A stretch of 64,000 nucleotides of DNA from Gammaproteobacteria bacterium (GCA_965222615.1 CBDCUI010000009.1:96001-160000), one strand, 5' to 3'; positions 39,015 to 49,692 are shown, counted from the stretch's first letter. A program made the numbers and translations. Notes: generated by a model not told the origin, from the sequence alone.

Positions 39015-40952
39015 ATGACAACAGTAGCCTCAATAGAAGTAAGACTTAAAGACAGAAAAGTGAATGAGGTAGGTCTTAGTACAGCTAAACCTTTAACAAT
39101 TGGACGCCGAGATGACAATGAATTAGTACTTGATTTGCCGACCATATCTTCTTTGCATGCACGAATTGATGCTGAAGATAATGACTGGGTGTTAACGGAC
39201 CTAGGTAGCAGTAACGGTGTATGTGTAAATGGTGATCCTATAAAAAGGCGCAAACTACAAATTGGTGATGAAGTAGAAATAGGTCCATACACATTATATT
39301 TTTCTGCTGTGGATAAAAACTTGGACATAAAAGCTACAAACCCATTTGTTGCACCTAATAATGATTTACAGACATCGGATGTGGGTTATGTGCTAGAGGT
39401 TTTAGTAGAGAATTCTGATGAGATTGAGCAAGTCATCGCGATTAATAACCGAATTAAAATAGGTCGAGGAAGCAATTGTGATTTTTCACTTGATGGTGAT
39501 TTAACGGTATCAGAAGAACATCTTAGCATTGAAAAAATACCTCAAGGCTGGATAGTTAAAAACCTCAATCGTAGTTATGTAACATGGCTGAATAAAATTC
39601 CAATTCGTGATCAGGCTCCTATACAGCTTGGTGATGTCATAAATGTTGGAAATACACGTTTACGTTTTGCTACGGCTGCATCATCAACAGCTACAGCCAG
39701 CCAAACTTCATATAAACATTCGACATCGAGCATAAATAATTTTATGCAGATATTTAGCGGACCAGAAGGAAAACGAGCGCGTATTATTGTTTTAACAGGA
39801 TTATTAGTGTGTATCTTACTTTCCACATTTATGTTTGGAGGAGATGATAAAACCGAAACTAAGCTTGAGGAAAAAGATGTAGCCATTGGAATAGATGCTG
39901 ATTCCAATACAGAAGTGGTCGAGGATAACCTGTCAACAAAGCGAATTCGTAATCGTTATTTAACTTGGATACACGATCTAATTAGTAAAGGTGAATATGA
40001 GCTTGCGGTTTATAGAGTGGAGGCAGGACTGCAAGAGCTTCCCAATGATCCACAACTTACTAAATTAAATGTTGAGACACGCATTGCTTACGCTAATCAA
40101 CTAGCAGAACAAAAACAATATCAAGCTGCGATTAGTAGTTTGCAAGCATTGCCACAAACTGATGATCCTCAAGTGAGTAATTTCTTAACGCTATTGCAAC
40201 AAAGATATCTCGAAGAGCAGCGTGAGGCACGTCGGTACGAAGAACTCGATATAAAATTTGGTAAACAATTACAACAGATTGCTAGAAACTATGAAGAAAA
40301 TAAATATGCAGAAGCACAAGAAATTGCTACAGAGATGTTGGCATCTGATGATTTGAATAAATTTCCTGAAGCCAAACAAGTCACTAAAAACTGGTTTGAA
40401 AAACTAAAAGTAGCCATTGTGCAGCAAAAGGAGCAACAACAGATTGCTTTGGTAAAACAAGAGCAGTTAAAGCAAACCATGCAGGAAGAATACGCAAATT
40501 GCTTAAAAGCTGAACAGGAAGGAAGTTTAGTTAAAGCGATACAGGCTTGTAATTTTGTCGCCAGTGCTGACTTAGATACCCCAGAGCGGGCAGCTGCAGT
40601 TGAAAAGATAAATGATTTGCAGGCGAAGTTAAGCAGCAGTGCGGATGATTATTATAAAAATGGAGCCGCATGTCGTTCCCAAAATAATCTTACATGCGCG
40701 ATGCGCAATTGGCATCAAACTTTGGTTTTAAACCCTAACCATGAGCAGGCAAGTAAAGGATTAAAATCAATAATGCCAGAACAGGTAAAGAAAGCACAAA
40801 CTATATATCGTGAAGGTTTAGTATATGAAGGCTTAAACAATATTCCAAAAGCCATTGCGAAGTGGGAAACAGTGTTGACTATTCTTCCGATTGAGGAGGA
40901 ACTGTATCATCAAAAGGCATTAAACAAGTTAGAAGAATTTGGAGAAAAGTAA
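39015..40952 (+). CDS. tandem-FHA + TM + TPR/coiled-coil protein
   Basis: FHA1 IGRR..ISSLHA..DLGSSNG and FHA2 IGRG..VSEEH; TM; TPR-like C-terminus. Likely ATG 39015. Confidence 0.82.
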   Translation: MTTVASIEVRLKDRKVNEVGLSTAKPLTIGRRDDNELVLDLPTISSLHARIDAEDNDWVLTDLGSSNGVCVNGDPIKRRKLQIGDEVEIGPYTLYFSAVDKNLDIKATNPFVAPNNDLQTSDVGYVLEVLVENSDEIEQVIAINNRIKIGRGSNCDFSLDGDLTVSEEHLSIEKIPQGWIVKNLNRSYVTWLNKIPIRDQAPIQLGDVINVGNTRLRFATAASSTATASQTSYKHSTSSINNFMQIFSGPEGKRARIIVLTGLLVCILLSTFMFGGDDKTETKLEEKDVAIGIDADSNTEVVEDNLSTKRIRNRYLTWIHDLISKGEYELAVYRVEAGLQELPNDPQLTKLNVETRIAYANQLAEQKQYQAAISSLQALPQTDDPQVSNFLTLLQQRYLEEQREARRYEELDIKFGKQLQQIARNYEENKYAEAQEIATEMLASDDLNKFPEAKQVTKNWFEKLKVAIVQQKEQQQIALVKQEQLKQTMQEEYANCLKAEQEGSLVKAIQACNFVASADLDTPERAAAVEKINDLQAKLSSSADDYYKNGAACRSQNNLTCAMRNWHQTLVLNPNHEQASKGLKSIMPEQVKKAQTIYREGLVYEGLNNIPKAIAKWETVLTILPIEEELYHQKALNKLEEFGEK

Positions 40953-41337
40953 GCGAATATTGAAACTAGATAATAAAAAATTAACTAGACTCACATATTT
41001 TTTGCAAGGTTATTAATAAGCAAGTAAGCCTTTGAAGGTAAATTATATAAAAACAATTCGTTACTACAATTAACTAATAAACTAATTCAAAGTAGTTTAA
41101 TTAACTTTAATAATTGTATTACTGACTTGAACATTTTGTGAACCTATAATTAACATACAATATAGTTTTTGAATAAAGAATCAAAAATCCTGTACTACAT
41201 GTACACATCAACCAGGGGTGGGGAAGATGAAGGTAGGGCTCGTTAACAAAATATTTTGTGGTGTAAATCTAAACGGTGTTGGGTTTTGTTCAGCACTGGT
41301 GGGGACATTAATTCAGTAAAGATCAAACGGGGATCCA

Positions 41338-43716
41338 ATGTCAAAAGCACATACTATGGGAAGTACAGTCGAATCTAAGCAGAATTCGTTACTTTCAACG
41401 CCCACGTTTGATATTGAAATTCCCGGTTATGAAATTATCAAACAATGCGGTGATGGTGGAACCGCGAAAGTCTTTATTGCAACACAAAAATCTCTAGACC
41501 GACAGGTTGCACTTAAAATAATGCTGTCTGCATTAGCTGTCGATGAAGACCATAGTACAAGATTTTTAAAAGAAGGGCGCGTTATCGCTAAGCTTACTCA
41601 CCCAAATATCGTCACTATTTATGATGTAGGCGTATCGGATAATAATCATTATATTGCAATGGAGTATTTGCCATCTGGAAGTTTGAGAGAAAAGTTTTCC
41701 AATAAGCTTGAGTTAAGTGAAATATTAAAAATAGTAGAGCAAATTGCTTCTGCACTTGCATATGCGCATGAAAATGGATTTGTGCATCGAGATATCAAGC
41801 CAGAAAACATCTTATTTCGAAAAGATGATGTGGCAGTACTTTCTGATTTTGGTATTGCAAAAGTTGTAGATACGCGTACTCAGATAACCAACCGAGGTAG
41901 TTTGGGTACACCGCGTTATATGAGTCCAGATCAAATTCGTTCAAATCCAATTGGTCCGAGTTCAGATGTTTATTCGCTAGGAGTAGTTCTGTATGAAATG
42001 TTAACGGGTCAACCGCCTTACGATAGCGATGATAGTGTTTCAATATTGTATTCCCATGTTCATGAATCAATCCCAGCGTTACCATTGGATAGCCGACATT
42101 TACAACCTTTAATTAACAAAATGTTGGCGAAAGAAACTAAATATCGGTTAACAGATGCGGGTGAAGTATTAACTGTCCTTAGATATTTAATAAAAGAAGG
42201 CAGACTCCCTAAAGAGTTGATTCATTCAACATCAGGCTCAATCCCTATCAACCAACCAACTATTTTAGTCGATCAGAAGACGATTGATGAAGTAGTTAGT
42301 GGAAATAAAAGTGTTGGGCAAGAATCGCAAATTACAAAATCACTAGCAAACAAAAAAAATCACACCATACCTGTAACCAGTGATGAGCTTGCAGAAGCTA
42401 TTTCTACTCAGGCTCGTATTGAAGAGTATAAAAATAATTCAAACAGTTTTATTAAACGGGTAGTAGATAGTGTATCAAGTTCAACCAAAGCTCTAAATAA
42501 CAAGGTTAATAAAGTTCCAACGATCTTACCAAAACCTAAACTTAATCTAAAAACTAATTCAAAAAGTGCAAAATACTTACTATATCAAGATTCTGGTATT
42601 GAGCGAGTTGTAAAAATTGTATTACATCCAATCTTGCTTGGCGTAGCAGGCATTATTGCGGCATTTAGTTTATTTGTTGCATATAACATCAATGAAACAA
42701 ACGAAGAAACACAACAACAAATGCATGTCAGTAATATAGAAGACACGATGAAAACTACAAAGAATGAGCCTGTTATTACAAAACCAATTGAAGTCAATGA
42801 TTCCAGTATTAAAAATGCAGACATAGTTGTTAAAGATGAAACGCAAGTAATTGACAGCCCGATATCTAAGACAGAAAAAATACAAACATGGTTAAGTGAA
42901 GCGGAATCATTGATTGAAAAAGGTCAATATATTTCACCTGCCAGAGAAAATGCGCTTAGCAAATATCAACAAATATTGAGTCTTGAACCAGGAAACGAAC
43001 AAGCATTAGTTGGGTTGCAAAGTATTGTCAATCGCTATACTGAACAGGCAAAGCTAGCTGGCTTTGGAGGTGTGTTTGCTGCGAATCCGCAGAATTTAAG
43101 CGGAGAAAAAGATACTGTAATTCAATTAGCCAATTTTAATCAAAATCAAAACACTGGCATAGAGCTCGAAAAAACTAACAGCGATTCAAGCTCTGCTAAA
43201 AAAATTATTATTGAAAGCGAGAACGAACCAAATAAAAAACAAGACAAGGATAAAACTGTACAAGAAGTTGTGGAGGTTAAAACTGATGACAAATCATTGC
43301 TAATTAATGACAAAGAATCTAAGCTGAGTGCTGAAAAAGAAAGTGAACCTACATCAATTAATGTTGCACTAACTGAACAAAAACCTTCAAAAAATAAAAA
43401 CGAGATATCGAAAAACAAAATAAAGGAATTAATTGCACTTGCAGATGCATATATTGAAAAAGATTATCTTACTTTTCCGATTGGTGAGAATGCATTGGAA
43501 GTATATCAACATATAAGACAGATCGATCCAAACCACCCATCCATTGAGAAGGGATTTGAGCGAATTGCCGATCACTATGCACTTGCTGCTGAACGACGTT
43601 TTGCCAATGGAGATATCGAACGAGCAATCACATTAGTGCGACGTGGGTTACGAGTTCAATCAAATCACGAATGGTTGCAACAACTAGAAGAAGAGCTAGC
43701 ACCGTATGGTTATTAA
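41338..43716 (+). CDS. membrane-anchored Hanks-type Ser/Thr kinase
   Basis: GDGGTAKV, VALK, HRDIKPEN, DFG, GTPRYMSPD; TM; two periplasmic P..ENAL..YQ helical repeats. Confidence 0.92.
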   Translation: MSKAHTMGSTVESKQNSLLSTPTFDIEIPGYEIIKQCGDGGTAKVFIATQKSLDRQVALKIMLSALAVDEDHSTRFLKEGRVIAKLTHPNIVTIYDVGVSDNNHYIAMEYLPSGSLREKFSNKLELSEILKIVEQIASALAYAHENGFVHRDIKPENILFRKDDVAVLSDFGIAKVVDTRTQITNRGSLGTPRYMSPDQIRSNPIGPSSDVYSLGVVLYEMLTGQPPYDSDDSVSILYSHVHESIPALPLDSRHLQPLINKMLAKETKYRLTDAGEVLTVLRYLIKEGRLPKELIHSTSGSIPINQPTILVDQKTIDEVVSGNKSVGQESQITKSLANKKNHTIPVTSDELAEAISTQARIEEYKNNSNSFIKRVVDSVSSSTKALNNKVNKVPTILPKPKLNLKTNSKSAKYLLYQDSGIERVVKIVLHPILLGVAGIIAAFSLFVAYNINETNEETQQQMHVSNIEDTMKTTKNEPVITKPIEVNDSSIKNADIVVKDETQVIDSPISKTEKIQTWLSEAESLIEKGQYISPARENALSKYQQILSLEPGNEQALVGLQSIVNRYTEQAKLAGFGGVFAANPQNLSGEKDTVIQLANFNQNQNTGIELEKTNSDSSSAKKIIIESENEPNKKQDKDKTVQEVVEVKTDDKSLLINDKESKLSAEKESEPTSINVALTEQKPSKNKNEISKNKIKELIALADAYIEKDYLTFPIGENALEVYQHIRQIDPNHPSIEKGFERIADHYALAAERRFANGDIERAITLVRRGLRVQSNHEWLQQLEEELAPYGY

Positions 43717-43753
43717 ATAATGAAATGATTTATGAGTATTTAAAAAACAAAAA

Positions 43754-44287
43754 ATGCAAAAACAGCAAAAATCATATACCCGAAATCGAGCTGATAAAAA
43801 AACACGTGGATCGATCACGGTAGAGTTTGCCATAACCTTAATCCTGTTATTTCTCTTTCTAACTACTTATTTGCTCATCTCAAGTGGGTTAGTGGGCCAT
43901 GAACGCGAAACCTATGCGGCTTATGTAGGGGCACGCGCCAACGCAGTGGGTGCTAACGTCAATCGTGCCGTTACCATGGTACGCGGTAAAACCTCAGAAG
44001 TACGTGGTGATCGAGTCACTGTACGAGACGAATTGGAAATGCCGATTGATTTTAATCAATGGGTATTTCCTCGCAAAGATCGGACGTATACGGTGGAACA
44101 AGAACTACGAGTAGCCGTGGAGCAACGAGACAGTGGCGATAATATGTGGATGCCAACCCGCAGCATATTTGGATTGGGGTCAAATAAAGACACAAACTTT
44201 TCGCCGCTAGATAAGCCATCAAGCTTAATCGATCCCAACAACGACGGCGAGCAATGCAAACTATATTGTTGTGGTGAAAAACCTTAA
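43754..44287 (+). CDS. TadE-like pseudopilin directly upstream of the Rhs gene
   Basis: RG|SITVEFAITLIL and YAAYVGARA; Cys-containing tail. Confidence 0.78.
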   Translation: MQKQQKSYTRNRADKKTRGSITVEFAITLILLFLFLTTYLLISSGLVGHERETYAAYVGARANAVGANVNRAVTMVRGKTSEVRGDRVTVRDELEMPIDFNQWVFPRKDRTYTVEQELRVAVEQRDSGDNMWMPTRSIFGLGSNKDTNFSPLDKPSSLIDPNNDGEQCKLYCCGEKP

Positions 44288-44351
44288 ATTTTAATGCTGA
44301 TTATGCCAAAACAAGCTAAACATTAATCGATTAGATAAGCAGGGGACAAGT

Positions 44352-47300
44352 GTGTATCGAACAAGAACTCACAAAAACACAATGGTTGGTCAAAAAAAAA
44401 GCTTAGTAATCGTTAAAATATACAGCGATCAAATAAAAGTAATCATATTGACCACAATCCTGGCGTGCATATTAAATACACCTGTCAATAGCGCTGAGGT
44501 CGGCGGCTGTGGGGCAGACGGTGGGGACCCCCGATGTGCAAGCACAGCCGATCCAGGGAGTACACCAAAAACAGGGACGCCCAACGTCGGCAGCAGCAAT
44601 CCCATCAATCTCATCACCGGCAACAAATACCAACGCGAAGACGATCATCAACCCTATTTAGGCAATACTGCGACCAAGCTAGTATTCATGCGCCATTACA
44701 ACAGTGCCAATACCGACAACGACTTCGGCTTAGGCCCGGGTTGGAGCATGAGCTACGACACCCGCATCGGTCAACTCAGTGAACAACAACTCCAGATCGT
44801 ACAAAGCGACGGGCGACGCATCGTATTTACACGCAAATCCAACCCCGAAACCAATGAAAGTAAATACCAAGCCGTAAATCCCACCGATGGGACAATCTAT
44901 CAAAACGACCACCACTATCGCTGGTATCTACGTGATGGTCGTGCACTCTATTTTAATTTAGACGGCCAACTGACCCGCATCCATCACCAAACCCGCAATA
45001 TCACCTTAACGATGTATCGCAATACCCGAGGCTGGCTCACACAAGTCCGCGATGATGCCGAACGCCGCATCCAGCTGCAGTACTATGACAAAAAAGATGC
45101 GCAGCAAACCAACGGTATAAACGTAACCGACAGGCTACACGGCAAACTTCGTCGCATCACGATTCCCACTGGCGAAACCATCCACTACCACTACGATCAA
45201 GCCGGCAACCTACGACAAGTCACCTATCCCAATCAAACCACTCGCAGCTATCACTACGAAGATGTAAATCATCCGCATGCCCTCACGGGCATCACCAATG
45301 AAAAAAACACAAGAACAGTGACCTGGGGGTATGATCAAGAGGGGCGCGCCAACTTATCTGAACAAGCCGCACAAGTAGGGCGAGTGACCCTAGACTACCA
45401 ATTGCCCCTGCATGCAAACGAACTTGGGCGCACCCTGGTTACCAACAGTTTGGGGCAACAAGCGACTTATACTTGGCGGCGCGATGCGCTACAGGCGCAA
45501 GCCTTACTCCTACGAGGTGAAGGGATTGCTTGTAGCAGCTGTCCCAAGACTGGGGTGCAGTATCAATATAACGAAAACTATCAGCTCAGCGAAGCTACCT
45601 TTCAAGATTATCTCTCTATTCGTTATCGCTACGACAATTTAGGAAGATTAAGCAGCCTTACTCAACAGGCTGAAGACACGCCTGAACAAATGATCGAACG
45701 TTTTGAATATTTAGGCGAAACCAATTTAAAAACGGCTATCCACCGGCCCAGTGTTAAACCAAATTCAGAATACATAATTACCTATACATATGATCAAAAC
45801 CAACAACTAATACAAATTGATGAGCAAGGATATTCTCCAGACTCAGAATATAATTTTGATCCAATACATCGAATTACACGTTTGAGGTATAAAAATAGAA
45901 ACCTTGTTGAAATAAATGGACCGAGAGGAGATGTAAGTGATGTTATACAACTTAACTATGACCATGAAGATCAACTAGCTAAAATTATTACACCTGATCA
46001 AGTTGCTATAAGCGTACTGGCTTATGATCAATATGCAAGACCTGTAAAACTACAGCCCACTAATCAGAAAGCACTGGAAATAAAATACACTGAACGCGGC
46101 TTACTGAAACAAATTAAACAAGGTGCAAATACAATAGACTATGCCTATGATCATGCCGGAAAAATAAATCATGTCTCTACATCTAATGGCAAAAAAATAT
46201 CGGTAACCTATGATGATGCAGGCAGGTTAAGGGAATTACGCAACGGAATTCGAAATCGAATAAAAGTAGAGCTGGATACAGAAAGTAATATTCTAGCGAG
46301 TACAGTTGTTGATAACGGGATCGTAAAAACGCTGACATACCTCTATGATGCAACCGGGCGTTTGAATCAATTCCAAGGAGGGGATGGCAATGTTGTTGCG
46401 AATTATGAATATGATAATTTAGGCAACTTGGTTCAAATCCAGGATGCTGAGGGGAATGTAAATCCGTTGTATCAACCCAATCTCGATTCAATGTTTGAAG
46501 CCGCTTTGGCATCAAATACAAAGGTACAATCGAATGCATTAAAAGAGCAAGAAAACATCGAGAGTGTAACCGATGCGCGTGGCAATACTACAGATTACGT
46601 ACAAGATGATTTTGGTCGTATAGTCACTATAGAAAGCCCCGATACAGGATTAGCTCACTATGTGTATGATAACGCCAATAACATTATTAAAGAGATCAAT
46701 GCACTTGGACAAAAAACTACCTATGAATATGATGCTGCAAATCAACTAATAAGTTGGAAAGATGATAAAGGACTTGTTCGTATTCAATATAGTCAAGGAC
46801 AAATAAGTGAGATAATAGATAAGTACTCAACAGAAAAATTCAAATATGATGGTCTAGGGAATGTAGCTGAACATACCAGGCATATAGATGGTTTTACGTT
46901 TACAACAGCCTATCATTACGATGAAGAAACCGGTCGATTAAAATACAAAGACCTCCTCGATGGGCAAACCTTGCGCTTCCATTATCACGAAAATGGAAAA
47001 TTACATGCCATCACGCGAAAAAACCTACTTGGCCAAAGTACTATCATCGGTGAAATCAATACAAGCGAAGCCAATCGCCATTATGTACATGGCAACGGCA
47101 TCGTCACCGACTACCAATACAATGCAGAGGGTCAACTTACAAGCATCTATAGCCAACAAGTGCATAATCTTGAGTATCAATACGATCAAAGAGGAAACAT
47201 CATCGGCATCCAACTTGATGGCATTGCAAACCAATACAATTATGATTCTATCGGGCGTTTAACGAATGCAATCAATCCTACAGTTACCTATGCTTATCAA

Positions 47301-48725
47301 TACGATGAACTCGGCAACCGAACACAAACTACAGAAAATGAGGTAACCACAAATTATCGCTATGCAAATTACGCAGAAGGTAATCGACTCCTGTCTAAAA
47401 ATGAAAACCAGCAATACGAATACAATGCAGCAGGAAGTCCAACCAAAATCGGCACAAAAACCTATGAATATGATACCGACCAGCGACCGACAAAACTATA
47501 TATAAACAACCAGCTCAAAGCAGAATATACCTACAATGGTTTTGGTGAACGCATTAAGAAAGTAAGCTACCAAGGCAATCAGAAACAAGTCACATACTAC
47601 TTTTACAATGGCGAAGGAAAATTAACTGCAGAAGCCGATGAAACCGGCACCATTACCTCACAATATGTATATCTCAACCATCAACCGATCGCCAAACTCG
47701 AGCATAAAAAAATCTATGCGATTCATACTGATCGATTAGGTACATCGCATAAAGTCACTGACAAACAGGGCGAAATCATATGGGCGGCAGAATATAGCCC
47801 CTTTGGAAAGGCTAAAATAACCACAGCACACATCACTCTCAATCTGCGCTTTCCCGGCCAGTATTACGATCAAGAATCTGATACCCACTACAATTATCTA
47901 CGAGATTACGACCCCGAAACCGGACGTTATCTCACTTCCGATCCCATTGGCTTAGAAGGCGGCATCAATCTTTATGCGTATGTAAATAATAATCCATTAG
48001 CACTCATGGATCTGCGTGGTACTTCTCCACTTTCATGGTTAGCTAAACAGGCAGGTAAAAAAGTTGCAGTTAAGAAGTTCAAGAAAGAACTTGTGAAACA
48101 ACTAAAGCCAAGATTAGATAGACTGCTTGAAAAAGATAATCTTGGCGATGCGGCTAAAAAACAACTACAAAAAGACTACGATGAAATCCTGGAGGCAATT
48201 AGTGCCTTAAGTGATGGTTTAGATGTTTGGGATTTAATTGAACTTGTTCCAATAGCCGGTGATGCAGTAGGTGCATATCGATTTATTGATAAATGTCAAA
48301 ATATAGCAAGTTTGTTAAAGCGGTTTACACGAAAGACGATCGGTTTTTCGCGATTGCCAGCAAAAGGCTCAGGTAAATGGACTGGTGGAATTGGTCAAGG
48401 TAAATTTACTCCCAATAAAGATACAGATCTTTATAAGGCGCTTCCTGACGGAAATAAAAGTATTACCTATAAAGATGGGATGCCAGACTTAAAACCTTTC
48501 TCAAAAGGAAATGTTAAAATAAAGGGGTTAAAAGGTACTGATGCTGATAAAGCAGCAGCAATTAGAAAGATGAAGAAAGAGAATCCAGGTTGGGAACAGC
48601 CGCCTAATACTGATTGGCATCATGATCCGGATTGTTTAACTATGGTGTTGATTGATAAAACTCTTCATAAAGCGCTAGGTCATACTGGTGGTGCTGAAGT
48701 CATCAAGCAAGGTGCCTGTAATTAA
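44352..48725 (+). CDS. Rhs/YD-repeat polymorphic toxin with a DUF6531-like N-region and C-terminal WHH (HNH-fold) nuclease
   Basis: NPINLITGNK, RHYNS..LGPGWS, YD repeats, core RFPGQYYD..HYNYLRDYDP.TGRYLTSDPIGL.GG.N.YAYV, tip WHH...H...GHTGG. Confidence 0.92.
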   Translation: MYRTRTHKNTMVGQKKSLVIVKIYSDQIKVIILTTILACILNTPVNSAEVGGCGADGGDPRCASTADPGSTPKTGTPNVGSSNPINLITGNKYQREDDHQPYLGNTATKLVFMRHYNSANTDNDFGLGPGWSMSYDTRIGQLSEQQLQIVQSDGRRIVFTRKSNPETNESKYQAVNPTDGTIYQNDHHYRWYLRDGRALYFNLDGQLTRIHHQTRNITLTMYRNTRGWLTQVRDDAERRIQLQYYDKKDAQQTNGINVTDRLHGKLRRITIPTGETIHYHYDQAGNLRQVTYPNQTTRSYHYEDVNHPHALTGITNEKNTRTVTWGYDQEGRANLSEQAAQVGRVTLDYQLPLHANELGRTLVTNSLGQQATYTWRRDALQAQALLLRGEGIACSSCPKTGVQYQYNENYQLSEATFQDYLSIRYRYDNLGRLSSLTQQAEDTPEQMIERFEYLGETNLKTAIHRPSVKPNSEYIITYTYDQNQQLIQIDEQGYSPDSEYNFDPIHRITRLRYKNRNLVEINGPRGDVSDVIQLNYDHEDQLAKIITPDQVAISVLAYDQYARPVKLQPTNQKALEIKYTERGLLKQIKQGANTIDYAYDHAGKINHVSTSNGKKISVTYDDAGRLRELRNGIRNRIKVELDTESNILASTVVDNGIVKTLTYLYDATGRLNQFQGGDGNVVANYEYDNLGNLVQIQDAEGNVNPLYQPNLDSMFEAALASNTKVQSNALKEQENIESVTDARGNTTDYVQDDFGRIVTIESPDTGLAHYVYDNANNIIKEINALGQKTTYEYDAANQLISWKDDKGLVRIQYSQGQISEIIDKYSTEKFKYDGLGNVAEHTRHIDGFTFTTAYHYDEETGRLKYKDLLDGQTLRFHYHENGKLHAITRKNLLGQSTIIGEINTSEANRHYVHGNGIVTDYQYNAEGQLTSIYSQQVHNLEYQYDQRGNIIGIQLDGIANQYNYDSIGRLTNAINPTVTYAYQYDELGNRTQTTENEVTTNYRYANYAEGNRLLSKNENQQYEYNAAGSPTKIGTKTYEYDTDQRPTKLYINNQLKAEYTYNGFGERIKKVSYQGNQKQVTYYFYNGEGKLTAEADETGTITSQYVYLNHQPIAKLEHKKIYAIHTDRLGTSHKVTDKQGEIIWAAEYSPFGKAKITTAHITLNLRFPGQYYDQESDTHYNYLRDYDPETGRYLTSDPIGLEGGINLYAYVNNNPLALMDLRGTSPLSWLAKQAGKKVAVKKFKKELVKQLKPRLDRLLEKDNLGDAAKKQLQKDYDEILEAISALSDGLDVWDLIELVPIAGDAVGAYRFIDKCQNIASLLKRFTRKTIGFSRLPAKGSGKWTGGIGQGKFTPNKDTDLYKALPDGNKSITYKDGMPDLKPFSKGNVKIKGLKGTDADKAAAIRKMKKENPGWEQPPNTDWHHDPDCLTMVLIDKTLHKALGHTGGAEVIKQGACN

Positions 48726-48762
48726 TATAGTTAATGAATGTCAATCTATCGATAAGTCAATA

Positions 48763-49692
48763 ATGAAAGAATTTCACTTTCAGAATCAAAGTCAAATAGA
48801 AGCGACTGATAAGAAGATCAGGAATTTGGAAAAATTTATTGATGCAAAACTGCCTGATGATTTCATTCAGTTTTTGAAAGAATATAAAGGAGGTTGGTTA
48901 CCTACTAGAAGGGATTTCGTGGTTTTTTGGGGTAAAAATAATGACCTTCCCTGGCCTAAGCAAGAGGGTAATACAAATAGCTTATATAGTATTGAAGAAC
49001 TTCAGGAATCGTTTAAGGATAATTTAAAGGATCCAGAATATTTCTTTTTGCCGATTAAAGATCTTGAAATTGGGTATAGTGAAAGTGGCCGAGTATTTAT
49101 CAAGCTTCATGAGCCACACAGAGGTAAAGTTTTTTTCTGGCCGTATGAGTTGATTGCAGCGTATGATGACATCCTGGATTATCGTCCCAAGTTTGATTTT
49201 GCAAATCATAATCTCTATCTGCCTGAACTTGCAAGTGTAGTGGCCGACACCTTTGAAATATTTAGCTATGCATTATTAAATAAATATGAAGACTATTCAT
49301 TGACTGCTGGTAAAGATTACCTTGTAAGCTTGCTAGATGGCTCTAAAGAAGACATACAATTCTGGAAAAAGAAAGGAGAGCATGGAGAAATGTTGCGCCA
49401 AATGCTCGAATATTCGTTTTACAACGTAATGTTAAATCATTTCTCCAGGGCCAAAACAGCCTATAAAGCCTTCTGCAAGGCCAAAGACAAATACGAAGAT
49501 GAGTCACTTGATTGCATCTTGCAATGGGAAGGCTGGAAAGCCCATATCCAATTGGCTGAACAAGAACACCAAAATGGGCTCCCTGATTGGCGCTTTCGAT
49601 TTGCCCGTCGAGTCAGTAGCATCGATCCGGATCAAGAACCTCTACCTATTCCAGAAGGCTTTGAATATAGTGAAGTGATCACCTTGTCCTAA
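48763..49692 (+). CDS. SMI1/KNR4 (SUKH) immunity protein
   Basis: IRNLEKFIDAKLPDDFIQFLKEYKGG, GKVFFW, VADTFEIF; directly after the toxin gene. Likely ATG 48763. Confidence 0.82.
   Translation: MKEFHFQNQSQIEATDKKIRNLEKFIDAKLPDDFIQFLKEYKGGWLPTRRDFVVFWGKNNDLPWPKQEGNTNSLYSIEELQESFKDNLKDPEYFFLPIKDLEIGYSESGRVFIKLHEPHRGKVFFWPYELIAAYDDILDYRPKFDFANHNLYLPELASVVADTFEIFSYALLNKYEDYSLTAGKDYLVSLLDGSKEDIQFWKKKGEHGEMLRQMLEYSFYNVMLNHFSRAKTAYKAFCKAKDKYEDESLDCILQWEGWKAHIQLAEQEHQNGLPDWRFRFARRVSSIDPDQEPLPIPEGFEYSEVITLS

Noticed and set aside
36676-49692. Type VI secretion cluster (FHA + kinase + Rhs)
   Set aside because: No Hcp, VgrG, PAAR, TssB/C, ClpV or TssM-like ORF in the window; the neighbouring genes are Tad/T4P-type.
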